Virus record (IMG/VR): IMGVR_UViG_3300045988_099736
Span: 1-15,861 of that record
Source of the DNA: a virus
DNA: 15,861 nt
Direction: 5' to 3' (one strand)
Shown here: piece after piece, positions 7,030 to 14,178 of the stretch
Position numbering within the stretch: the first letter of the stretch is position 1
Layout: each line of letters begins with the position of its first letter
The notes under the pieces: model-generated
Database searches by the model: none
Told to the model about the DNA's origin: nothing
What the model saw: the letters and a program-made list of their open reading frames with translations, nothing else
Translations under genes and position numbers: made by a program

Positions 7030-8700
7030 TTACTTTTCATTGTTTCCGTATGTTCCAACATTGTTTTTGTCATGCCACACCGTAAAGCCGTTTATAAACA
7101 TATTGCGTAACGGCTGTAAAAATTCATTCGGAATATTGCCATAAACATTTACATTGTTGCATTTAATATAGTTGTAACGCGGTCTGCTGTTTAAGTTCGG
7201 TACGCCGAAACGACTAACCTTGTACCCGTAAACATCAAAAAACTGCTCGATCTTTTCCGCAAACTCCGGTTTTACTGTCCACCATCTGTAGAGGATTTCC
7301 AGCTTTTTTGAAGCAATAAACGTTGCAAGCCCGCCACCGCTCGCACCCGTCAAACTGACATTCGTTTGCATCTGTCCGATACGCTGTCTGTCCCGTTCGG
7401 AACTCTGTAGTTCAGAACGCACATTTTTGTATGCGTCTATTCCGGTGGAAAGCACGTTCAGCGGGTCACCTGTAAATACAGATTGCACCACGTTTCCAAC
7501 TGTGTCCCAAAAAATATTCGACCTATTTTGTGAGTGCACGAGAGTGTTTGTAGCTTCTGCCTGCGCGGTCTGTAGTGGGTAGGTATTATTTTGTACCGGG
7601 AAGCAAGGGAAACCGCTGATATTGTTTGAGTTCAACAAAAAATCTTCTTCTGCACCACAATAGTTTTCTGTGTACATGTATAAATTCGGCGCGGGAATAA
7701 GTGTTCCAACTACTTTTACAGAGGGAATACCCTCCGGCAAAAATTCCGGTTTTAATACAGTTCTCGCCCCATTCGGCAGCACAACCTCAATGAAAGAAAA
7801 CTGTGACGTGTACATTTTTTTATTTTTATATGCCGGGAATTTTGATAGCCAGTTTGCAAGCACACCGCCTACTGGGATTACAGACGGAGCAGAACTATCT
7901 GCAATTACACCCACAGAAAATCCCATTGCCGACCGCTCCACGGTGACTGCTCCACCTATATTATAGGATGTCACAGCATAAATTGCCAGTATACTCTGAG
8001 ACACCCACGGAAACGATGAGAGTGAATCCATTACGGAGGAAATGGAACTAGTTCCACGTCTAGGACTTACTAAGTACGCTCTAGCACCGGACGGCAAACC
8101 AGCATACATTCCGCCTTTTGCTCCGGTAACGTTTGGTTCTTCCAGTGTCCCTGGGTCTGCCAGGATGTCTATAGCAGAAATAATAACAAACTGATAGTCT
8201 GTGCCCTCATCCAGTTTATCAAGATCAAACGTTTCTTCATGCGCGATCACATAATCACCAACGTCTACAGGTTCTTGCACCGTGTTTGTTTTAAAATCAT
8301 CATTAGCAACATGTTCTCTGCTTATGTCGCAGTCCCTTATAACCATGTCAAACAAAAACGTCTGGTATACGTCTATTTCAAAATTCACAAGAGACGTTTC
8401 CGGGTTGATATAAATAACCTGCGTCACAAAAGCATAGTACCATTTTCCACTTGCCTGATTTTTAAAACATAGGTAGCAAGCGTTTCCTATTTCCTCCGCG
8501 TTTACCGGAACTTTTACGCCACGGTGTTCCCGGATATATTTAAAATCGTTAAAAATACGGATTGCTTTTGTTCGGAAATAATTGTACTGCTCATCTTTAT
8601 TATTAAAAGATAGTTGCCGAACCTGAGAAGCGTCAAGCGGAACGTCAGCACATATCATCAATTCGTTCGCCTGCATTGCGTATACAGTTTCTAGTGCCAC
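7030..8700 (-). CDS. Tail knob / distal tube protein (phi29 gp9 type), 556 aa
   Basis: GTG start with AAGGAGG 8 nt upstream. GKWYYAFVTQVIYINPETSLVNFEIDVYQTFLFD resembles phi29 gp9 [33 protein letters not shown] (from memory). Size and synteny fit. Confidence 0.78.
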   Translation of the reverse strand: MALETVYAMQANELMICADVPLDASQVRQLSFNNKDEQYNYFRTKAIRIFNDFKYIREHRGVKVPVNAEEIGNACYLCFKNQASGKWYYAFVTQVIYINPETSLVNFEIDVYQTFLFDMVIRDCDISREHVANDDFKTNTVQEPVDVGDYVIAHEETFDLDKLDEGTDYQFVIISAIDILADPGTLEEPNVTGAKGGMYAGLPSGARAYLVSPRRGTSSISSVMDSLSSFPWVSQSILAIYAVTSYNIGGAVTVERSAMGFSVGVIADSSAPSVIPVGGVLANWLSKFPAYKNKKMYTSQFSFIEVVLPNGARTVLKPEFLPEGIPSVKVVGTLIPAPNLYMYTENYCGAEEDFLLNSNNISGFPCFPVQNNTYPLQTAQAEATNTLVHSQNRSNIFWDTVGNVVQSVFTGDPLNVLSTGIDAYKNVRSELQSSERDRQRIGQMQTNVSLTGASGGGLATFIASKKLEILYRWWTVKPEFAEKIEQFFDVYGYKVSRFGVPNLNSRPRYNYIKCNNVNVYGNIPNEFLQPLRNMFINGFTVWHDKNNVGTYGNNEK

Positions 8701-8716
8701 TTTTAAACCTCCTTTT

Positions 8717-8742
8717 GAAAAAAGGGAACGTTTCCGTTCCCT
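8717..8742 (-). terminator. Intrinsic terminator after the capsid gene (probably partial)
   Basis: On the minus strand, GGGAACG-GAAA-CGTTCCC is followed by TTTTTT. It lies between the capsid stop (8755) and the tail knob RBS. Confidence 0.85.
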
Positions 8743-8754
8743 CTTATAAAATCT

Positions 8755-10041
8755 TTAGCCTGTTATCGTCACGGCTTTTGTTGTCTGTACACTTGTCTGT
8801 CCTGCGACAACTGCTTTTAATGTTAATGTTTTTGCCGTTTCATTCGGGCTAACTTCGATCGTTGCGCTCTTGCTATCGCTTGCAACAATTCGTGTGCTGG
8901 TTGCGTTCGCTCCCTCTAAGGAGAAAATCACTCCACCATTTACCGGAGTTGTTGCGGCTGTATATTTACTCTGTGCGCCTTTTTCAATCGACTCCGCACC
9001 TGTGATCGTCACGGCTGTGTAATTCTGTACCTGATCGGTAGTAAGGGCAACCGCGTTATGGAATGGACTGGTAAAATAAATCTGCCATACGTGTAACCAG
9101 TAATTCCAGTACAGCTTTTCACCGTTAAAAAAATCGGATGTTTCAAACAACTGGTCGTAGATATTCAACCAGTCATCATCTGCAACAATTGCCAAAATTT
9201 CCGGGTGTCCGGGAATTTCTGGAATTACGGTGATTCTGCCTAAAATCTGCGCTTCGTCCATATGGAACGCATACGCAAGTGCCCGCACAGAAGTAACAGC
9301 GTCTGCTTTAGGTGTAATAAATACTCTCTGGCTTTTCCTAGCTGTTGTATTTAAAACCCCCGCAGCGTTGTAATTTTCCGATGGAAACAGTAAATTGTTT
9401 GACACAATACGCATGGTAGTCAAAAAATCCTGTGCGGTGTCCGCGTCAACAGGATCGACCGTGTGTACAAGCTTGACAAAACCGTTATCAAGCGCGGATA
9501 CGATTGCACCCATTGCGTAAAGCATTTCCGATACTTCGTTTCCGGTATACATGGAATCAATCACACGATCAACGAAATTTACCAGCCCCTGCGCACTGTA
9601 AAATGCGCTTCGCAGCATTTCACGATTCACTGTCTTTTTGAAAAACTCTTCGCGGTTTCGATTCATAAAAGCAACCGCGATATCGGGTTTTTCCTGTTTT
9701 AACATTGCCCAAGGGTCGGTATCCGAACAGAAAGAGTGCGCCGCTGCGATCTTTACCCAAACGGATTCAATTGTTTCTCCGTATTCCAGCATACCCCTTT
9801 TTGCGAACGCGAACGGGCTAGTGAAATACATTTTGTCGATCTTCTGCAGCGCCCAGACGTTTACGAGCTGGTTCATGAACCGATTCATAATAGGTTGATA
9901 CTGCATCATGATCTGCCCAAACTCTTTGATGTTCGTATTTGTAACTTCGGGAAGTAATCCCTCCCATTCTGTGCCTTTTAAACTGGCTCTAAAGCTATTC
10001 AACGCTAAAGGCACATTTTTTAAAACTCCTTTTACTGCCAT
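8755..10041 (-). CDS. Major capsid protein with C-terminal bacterial Ig-like (Big_2-like) domain, 428 aa
   Basis: It follows the scaffold gene and has a strong RBS (GGAGGT). The size is close to phi29 gp8. The C-terminal ~85 aa (TAVTITGAESIEKGAQSKYTAATTP...LTLKAVVAGQTSVQTTKAVTITG) look like a Big_2 fold, as in phi29 gp8. Confidence 0.8.
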   Translation of the reverse strand: MAVKGVLKNVPLALNSFRASLKGTEWEGLLPEVTNTNIKEFGQIMMQYQPIMNRFMNQLVNVWALQKIDKMYFTSPFAFAKRGMLEYGETIESVWVKIAAAHSFCSDTDPWAMLKQEKPDIAVAFMNRNREEFFKKTVNREMLRSAFYSAQGLVNFVDRVIDSMYTGNEVSEMLYAMGAIVSALDNGFVKLVHTVDPVDADTAQDFLTTMRIVSNNLLFPSENYNAAGVLNTTARKSQRVFITPKADAVTSVRALAYAFHMDEAQILGRITVIPEIPGHPEILAIVADDDWLNIYDQLFETSDFFNGEKLYWNYWLHVWQIYFTSPFHNAVALTTDQVQNYTAVTITGAESIEKGAQSKYTAATTPVNGGVIFSLEGANATSTRIVASDSKSATIEVSPNETAKTLTLKAVVAGQTSVQTTKAVTITG

Positions 10042-10054
10042 TTTTTACCTCCTT

Positions 10055-10309
10055 TTACAAGTCGAGAAAATCTTCTGTTTTGATTTCCTCTTTTTCCTCC
10101 ACTTCTTCTTTGTTTTCGGTTTTCGTGCCAGACAGAAAAGCGTCTGCATACTGTTTTCTAACGTCCGCTACTTCTGTTTCCAGACGGTCATTTTCGTCTG
10201 CAATTTCCGCAATCAAATTCAAAATCGCGGATTCATCCAGCGCACCCTCTTCAGGTGCATCAATCCGCGCGATCAATCGCGCTTTTGAAATTAAATCATT
10301 CCTTTTCAT
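10055..10309 (-). CDS. Scaffolding protein candidate (84 aa, acidic, helical)
   Basis: ATG at 10309 (MKRNDLI) follows the GGGAGAAAGGGA purine tract. The protein is highly acidic and lies directly upstream of the capsid gene, as gp7 does in phi29. The ORF-track extension to 10375 lacks an RBS. Confidence 0.6.
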   Translation of the reverse strand: MKRNDLISKARLIARIDAPEEGALDESAILNLIAEIADENDRLETEVADVRKQYADAFLSGTKTENKEEVEEKEEIKTEDFLDL

Positions 10310-10433
10310 TTTTTCCCTTTCTCCCGTGTGCGGTTTATAAGTAAGGGAAAACACGCGCATAATCCGATGCGCCACACAGACAAGCCGAATTCACACGGGG
10401 ATTTCCTGCCTATGCTGTAAGTTCTCCCTCTAT
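10310..10433 (-). promoter_or_regulatory. Structured ~125-nt leader or candidate small RNA upstream of the late genes
   Basis: Non-coding. It contains a GCGCAT-N6-ATGCGC hairpin (10355-10372) followed by GUGUUUU. A UUUUCCCUU tract (10343-10351) is complementary both to the SD region (10311-19) and, over its 10345-10352 part (GUUUUCCC, one G.U), to a 5' GGGAGAAC (10421-28). There is also an 8-bp long-range pairing between 10323-30 and 10392-99. Confidence 0.5.
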
Positions 10434-10439
10434 GGTTTT

Positions 10440-10468
10440 ATTATAGCTTCCTTTTGTACCGATGTCAA
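10440..10468 (-). promoter_or_regulatory. Perfect consensus sigma-A promoter for the structural (late) operon
   Basis: On the minus strand: TTGACA (10468-10463), 17 nt, then TATAAT (10445-10440). The ATPase TGA stop is embedded in the -35 hexamer. Confidence 0.8.
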
Positions 10469-11514
10469 CCCCTAATTCCTAAAAAATCCATGCCTATATT
10501 TTTACATTCCTGCGATTCAAACCGGAAATTCCCGGCATTAAATTGCTTTCTACACATCGACACTTGCGCGGATATTGCGCCTGTTAGACAAGTGTTTTCG
10601 TCATGATCTTTTGTGGATATGGCAAAAAGTCTGTGAAAATTTCTGTCTGCTTTTAACGATATATAATATCTTCCATTTTGTAGCATCCACAACCCATAAA
10701 AAAGACCATTGTGTTTTATTGTCATTAAATACCTTGCCCCGGCAAGATTCTGTTTTGCAATAAATTGCACATTGTCCAACAAAAAGATATTGTCAATACT
10801 ATAGTTAAAATAAGAAGCATCGGAGAAAGCACGATAAAATCCGTTTTGTTGTTTTTCCTCTGCTACGTATTTATTTCTATAAACTTCCATCACCCAACCA
10901 TGCCCGCGCATAAAATGAATACCGGATTGCCAGCGCTTATGAATCCCTAAAGCGACAAAATACGGATTCAATAACGAAACCATGTTGCTAACTAAAAAAT
11001 AAGTAAGTTTCCGTGTTAATTGTTCAAAACCTCTTCCAACTGCGTCATTGATTGCAAAAAACTTCGTGATCTCGTCCGCGCAATAGTCCCCGGTTTCGCT
11101 TTGGAACTCGTCAAGAAAAATATTATCTGCATCGTTAAAAAATGTAGATATTCGTTTCACTTTATCGACCATACTCAGTGCAATTACATATCCGCAAGAT
11201 ATTTCAAAATCTTCGGTCTTTATAAAAACTTCTGCGAATTTACCAGAACCGCTGGATACTGAATATAAATCGGTATTAGGAAATTTGTTTTTCACATCCG
11301 CCCAAAATGCAGGAATATAACTGTTTAATTCATCTTTTTTGCGAACTAGACAGATAAACTTTTTACTTTTATGCAAAAATTCATTGATTAAATATTCTTT
11401 CACGGCAAAAGATTTTCCGCCGCCTTTCGAGCCTGTTATAATAAAAATGTCGGGTGTATTGCCGTCTAAGTCTTTTGTTTTTAAAATACTGTCTAACCTG
11501 TAATGTTTTTCCAT
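10465..11514 (-). CDS. DNA packaging ATPase (phi29 gp16 type), 349 aa
   Basis: Walker A is IITGSKGGGKSF and Walker B is NIFLDEFQ. The size is about that of gp16. ATG at 11514 follows AAAGGGG. The ORF-track TTG start at 11529 was rejected. Confidence 0.88.
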   Translation of the reverse strand: MEKHYRLDSILKTKDLDGNTPDIFIITGSKGGGKSFAVKEYLINEFLHKSKKFICLVRKKDELNSYIPAFWADVKNKFPNTDLYSVSSGSGKFAEVFIKTEDFEISCGYVIALSMVDKVKRISTFFNDADNIFLDEFQSETGDYCADEITKFFAINDAVGRGFEQLTRKLTYFLVSNMVSLLNPYFVALGIHKRWQSGIHFMRGHGWVMEVYRNKYVAEEKQQNGFYRAFSDASYFNYSIDNIFLLDNVQFIAKQNLAGARYLMTIKHNGLFYGLWMLQNGRYYISLKADRNFHRLFAISTKDHDENTCLTGAISAQVSMCRKQFNAGNFRFESQECKNIGMDFLGIRG

Positions 11515-11531
11515 GTTACCCCTTTCCAATA

Positions 11532-11559
11532 AAAAAGAGGAACAATTGTTCCTCTTTTT
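11532..11559. terminator. Perfect 28-bp palindrome; terminator-like hairpin or operator upstream of the ATPase gene
   Basis: AAAAAGAGGAACAA/TTGTTCCTCTTTTT is fully self-complementary. It lies between the stop at 11571 and the ATPase RBS, and A/U tracts flank the GC core. Confidence 0.6.
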
Positions 11560-11570
11560 ATGCTGCCCTG

Positions 11571-11906
11571 TTAAACAAGAACAACTGTCAAAAACTCATT
11601 CTTATTGTTTGACTTTCTATATTCCGCCCTTAATGTAAGGGGATTATCTGCTGCCGGCGCTCCGACAAACTGATCAAGGGTCTGAATACAATCTGCAACT
11701 GTTGGTGAGAGGGTTGTAATGCAGCGTCCGTCTTGAAGTACGAACCCGGTGCATACGCAAGCGTCTCCGGTGGCTTTTCTAGTAGTTTCCCACTGTGCAA
11801 TCCCAACTACCACCATATCTTCACCTACGTGATCGGTTAAGCCCTCGCTATTCTGCGAAAGGCTATACAGCTGTTTTTTGTCGGTTACTGTGTTGATTAA
11901 ACTCAT
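11571..11906 (-). CDS. Hypothetical protein (111 aa), possible replication accessory (SSB/DBP position)
   Basis: AAGGAGAG lies 8 nt before the ATG. No motif was recognised. Only position suggests a function, by analogy with phi29 genes 5 and 6. Confidence 0.7.
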   Translation of the reverse strand: MSLINTVTDKKQLYSLSQNSEGLTDHVGEDMVVVGIAQWETTRKATGDACVCTGFVLQDGRCITTLSPTVADCIQTLDQFVGAPAADNPLTLRAEYRKSNNKNEFLTVVLV

Positions 11907-11920
11907 AATGATCTCTCCTT

Positions 11921-12220
11921 TTATTCTGCTTTTTCTGCTTCGTCAACTGTTACGACTTCGGAATACTTCAGAAAATCTTCAACGCTTAAACGTCTCAGCT
12001 CTTCTCTGTATTCAGTATTCACACAGAAAAGTCCTTTTTCATCGGGATATGCTTTGTTGATTTCCCGCGTAATTGCCATATTAGAGGCTACTCTAACAGG
12101 TACAACAACATCAGGAAGTGCAACTACCTGTCCATCTGCAAACTGTGACACCTTAATAACGGTAGTTGTCACAGTTCTTGTGAAAAACCGTGTCCTTGCG
12201 TCTCCGTCTCCTTTTCTCAT
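11921..12220 (-). CDS. Hypothetical protein (99 aa)
   Basis: It is the first gene after the internal promoter. AAAGGAG lies ~10 nt before the ATG. No motif was recognised. Confidence 0.7.
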   Translation of the reverse strand: MRKGDGDARTRFFTRTVTTTVIKVSQFADGQVVALPDVVVPVRVASNMAITREINKAYPDEKGLFCVNTEYREELRRLSVEDFLKYSEVVTVDEAEKAE

Positions 12221-12267
12221 TTTTGTACTGCTCCTTTCTTTTTTGTTGTGTTTTTTATTACATTATT

Positions 12268-12296
12268 ATAATAGCACAAACCTTTTAAAGTGTCAA
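12268..12296 (-). promoter_or_regulatory. Internal sigma-A promoter sharing the ITR promoter module
   Basis: On the minus strand: TTGACA (12296-12291), 17 nt, then TGcTATTAT (-10 at 12273-12268). The string TGTGCTATTATA is identical to the ITR promoters. The polymerase TGA stop is embedded in the -35. Confidence 0.75.
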
Positions 12297-14143
12297 CATC
12301 TTTTTGCGCGTAAAGTATAAAAATCTTCTACTAACACCATTCCGCCACTAATATATTTTGGTTTTAATTTTCCGCCCACTTTCAAGCCGATTTTAAAGTC
12401 CGTTATTGGGTGACTTGCTAAAAATAACTTTTTTGATTTTTCCGGCATCCCTGCACACTTGATCTCCCAGTGTCCTGTCACTTTTTTACCGTCCTCTTTT
12501 TGCACAAACTCTGCATATGTCTTTTGTCTTATAAATATAGCACTGCTCCAATTGCTTTCCCGTTTCCAGTGCAATAGCTCTGTAGCGTGTTCTTTTATCA
12601 TTTTCACTGGTTTTCCATCGTCCAGCATATGTATAGAGTCCGTGTCACTGTATACAAAGTTTTCATAATTAGCTTGTGCATGCGTTATGGTAAAATATCG
12701 GGCGTATGCTGTCACGGCTGCTCCCGCTGCGATATATAGCGTGTCTTTTTCATGCTCCGGGTGCAATTCAAAGCCTATGGAATCTGTTTCAGGGTCGATG
12801 TACGGCTCACGGTAAGAACTATTATCGTTAATGGCAAGCCGTCCGTATAAATTATTCAAAAACAATTTTGCTTCTGTGCGCTCTCCCTTGTCTTTTGTAG
12901 TCATTTTTATTTTCATATAGTGATTGATATAAGTATCAAAAAGACCTATTGCGCCATGAAAATAACAACCGTCTAAAATCTCTAAGTCATACACTTCATA
13001 ATGCTCCAATAAAAGAAAATAGTCTGTCATAAAAAGCGTTAATTCCGGTTTTGCTTCCTCTTTTTGTCCCTCTTTATTTGTAAAATATCTATAATATTTT
13101 CCGCGATAATAAATATCAGATGTTTCCAACCATTGCGTAGAGTTATACCGATAGTCTCCTTTAATCTGCACAGTCGGCAAAAAACCGCCTTTTATCTTAA
13201 ACCGACAGCGCAATCTAACATAAAACGGATAGACGCGCGTTTCTAAGCATTTATAGGGGATTTCTTTTTCGAAAAAAATTGGCTTGCCTGTTGGATAATA
13301 GTTCCCGCTTTTACTGTGCATAACACTGGGATAAAGAGAATTAACATCAAACGTCATGCCGCTCTGCGTGATATGTTTTCTTTGCTTGTATTTGTAATAG
13401 CAATAACCTCCTTTGTAAGCTTTACGAATATATTCATCAACATTATCACTTCCACGCTCATATTTTATTAGCACTATATCTTTTAAGTTCGGAAAAGCTG
13501 CGTTAAAATCCATAGCGTCAAATTTGTTTTTAAACTCGTCCATACAGCACGAACCAATTGTCAATTTATCATGCCCGCTTTTTATCATAACTTCCAGCGC
13601 TTCCTTCAATACATAGATATCGTTAATAATATAAGCATATTCTTCCGGTGTTATTTCACAGTTTGCGTGACGCATTCCTACATATTTCATTTCTAACTTC
13701 CTATGCTGCGTATTAAATGCAGAACCTATTTGAGCTAATGTCATGGGCATCAGTTTAACGCTGTCCCTAAACTCGATCACTGTGTCAAATTTTGGTTTAA
13801 CTGTAACGGTATACCATTTATTTGTATCCGAAATTAGGGTTTTAAACTCTTTTGCGTTCATGTCTTTATTGCGGGCATTATTCCATGTATAGCCGTTCTT
13901 TAACAGCCAATACACAATAAAAGCGCCATCAAAACGCAGATTATGAAAATAACAGAGAACGTTTTTATTCAAATTAAAAATATCGTTCAAAAAATCTTCT
14001 ATGTTACCCCGCAAGTGCGGTTGCTCTGTAAATAATTCTATCCATGCAGCGCTCCAAACTTCTGTTGATGTCTGACCGGGATACACTGTTGTTTCAAAGT
14101 CTGCCGCTATTATAACGGGTTTTTTCGCTGATTTTTTTGGCAT
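12293..14143 (-). CDS. Protein-primed family B DNA polymerase (phi29 gp2 type), 616 aa
   Basis: Motifs found: ExoI AADFETT, ExoII FHNLRFDGAFIV, ExoIII PEEYAYIINDIYVLKEAL, motif A GMTFDVNSLYPS, motif B KLFLNNLYGRLA, pre-C AVTAYARYFTI, motif C VYSDTDSIHM, KxY RQKTYAEF, and KCAGM. All are collinear with phi29 DNAP. Insertions occupy the TPR1 and TPR2 positions. Confidence 0.97.
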   Translation of the reverse strand: MPKKSAKKPVIIAADFETTVYPGQTSTEVWSAAWIELFTEQPHLRGNIEDFLNDIFNLNKNVLCYFHNLRFDGAFIVYWLLKNGYTWNNARNKDMNAKEFKTLISDTNKWYTVTVKPKFDTVIEFRDSVKLMPMTLAQIGSAFNTQHRKLEMKYVGMRHANCEITPEEYAYIINDIYVLKEALEVMIKSGHDKLTIGSCCMDEFKNKFDAMDFNAAFPNLKDIVLIKYERGSDNVDEYIRKAYKGGYCYYKYKQRKHITQSGMTFDVNSLYPSVMHSKSGNYYPTGKPIFFEKEIPYKCLETRVYPFYVRLRCRFKIKGGFLPTVQIKGDYRYNSTQWLETSDIYYRGKYYRYFTNKEGQKEEAKPELTLFMTDYFLLLEHYEVYDLEILDGCYFHGAIGLFDTYINHYMKIKMTTKDKGERTEAKLFLNNLYGRLAINDNSSYREPYIDPETDSIGFELHPEHEKDTLYIAAGAAVTAYARYFTITHAQANYENFVYSDTDSIHMLDDGKPVKMIKEHATELLHWKRESNWSSAIFIRQKTYAEFVQKEDGKKVTGHWEIKCAGMPEKSKKLFLASHPITDFKIGLKVGGKLKPKYISGGMVLVEDFYTLRAKRC

Positions 14144-14144
14144 T

Positions 14145-14178
14145 GTGAAACCTCTCCGAATGTTTCACGTGAAACATT
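14145..14178 (-). promoter_or_regulatory. Intercistronic element with three GTGAAAC/GTTTCAC half-sites (20-bp perfect palindrome plus an alternative hairpin around the polymerase SD)
   Basis: AATGTTTCAC/GTGAAACATT (14159-14178) is a perfect palindrome. GTGAAAC (14145-51) is complementary to GTTTCAC (14162-68), which places the SD (GGAGAG on the minus strand) in a 10-nt loop. The polymerase ATG (14143) lies 1 nt after the stem. Confidence 0.6.

Noticed and set aside
10310-10375. An extended scaffold ORF starting at GTG 10375 or ATG 10360.
   Set aside because: Neither start has a Shine-Dalgarno sequence. The region has extensive RNA-structure complementarity, and ATG 10309 follows a purine-rich SD.
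11515-11529. The TTG start (11529) for the ATPase given by the ORF track.
   Set aside because: ATG 11514 has an AAAGGGG RBS at proper spacing. The TTG lies only 2 nt downstream of the palindrome (11532-11559) with no RBS.
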